Assembly: GCA_976226885.1 (NCBI GenBank)
Contig: OZ320319.1
Location: forward strand, 36,580,001-36,644,000
From: Iphione sp. A-MEVVRFRX5
Taxonomy: Eukaryota
Reading direction: 5' to 3'
DNA length: 64,000 nt
Each line of letters begins with the position of its first letter. Position 1 is the first letter of the stretch. This document shows, in pieces, positions 63,701 through 64,000 of this stretch. The translations under genes and the position numbers were made by a program. The notes below the pieces were generated by a model that saw only the letters and a list, made by a program, of their open reading frames with translations, made no database searches and had not been told where the DNA came from.

Positions 63701-64000
63701 TAGCCAACCCTTCCTGTTCGTGTTCATTCGCCGGGCTGAATTGGAGATTAAATAGACATACGCAGAGAGAATATTTGAAACTGTGCACAATGCTCAACTC
63801 TTAGATGGCAAAGTGGAAGATGAGCCGTGTCCCTTTTATCATGGTAATTTCTTTTTCAACTTCGAGCAGGCAGATTTTAAAACAGTACTTCTCCATTGGA
63901 TATCTTTTCGTTTCCGTGTATTTTGTCAAGGAATATAGTAGTATTACTCTTCTCACGTAGCTATATTCTCAGGGTTGCAGCAGCATATATATTTAGAGCG

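Noticed and set aside
1-64000. Numerous 60-150 aa ORFs in the supplied track
   Set aside because: Mostly non-ATG starts, microsatellite-derived or antisense to the LINE ORFs, with no domain signal; this density is expected in non-coding DNA.

Overview
Eukaryotic (animal) genomic DNA, largely non-coding and probably intronic or intergenic. The repeat style and heavy TACATGTA enrichment suggest a marine invertebrate such as a lancelet (inference only). No rRNA, tRNA, CRISPR array or prokaryotic operon is supportable. The main feature is a nearly intact ~5.4 kb plus-strand non-LTR retrotransposon of the CR1/L2 group (~17555-22982) with an unusual three-ORF layout. ORF1 has a coiled coil and an L1-ORF1p-type RRM/CTD fused to a C-terminal NADAR (YbiA-like) domain. 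A separate middle ORF looks like a catalytically degenerate SGNH-esterase fold. ORF2 is APE endonuclease plus reverse transcriptase, broken only by one missing C. Both downstream ORFs have a pyrimidine-rich YAG splice acceptor just before their ATG, and a GTGAG donor lies just before ORF1, suggesting the polycistronic RNA is resolved by splicing. The element ends in a stem-loop, AATAAA and (TTCAA)5. Elsewhere there is a decayed LINE RT fragment, a TA-flanked MITE, a TTAA-flanked MITE beside a long hairpin element, Helentron/HINE-like fragments, perfect palindromes, microsatellites, and a few low-confidence short first coding exons of unidentified host genes.
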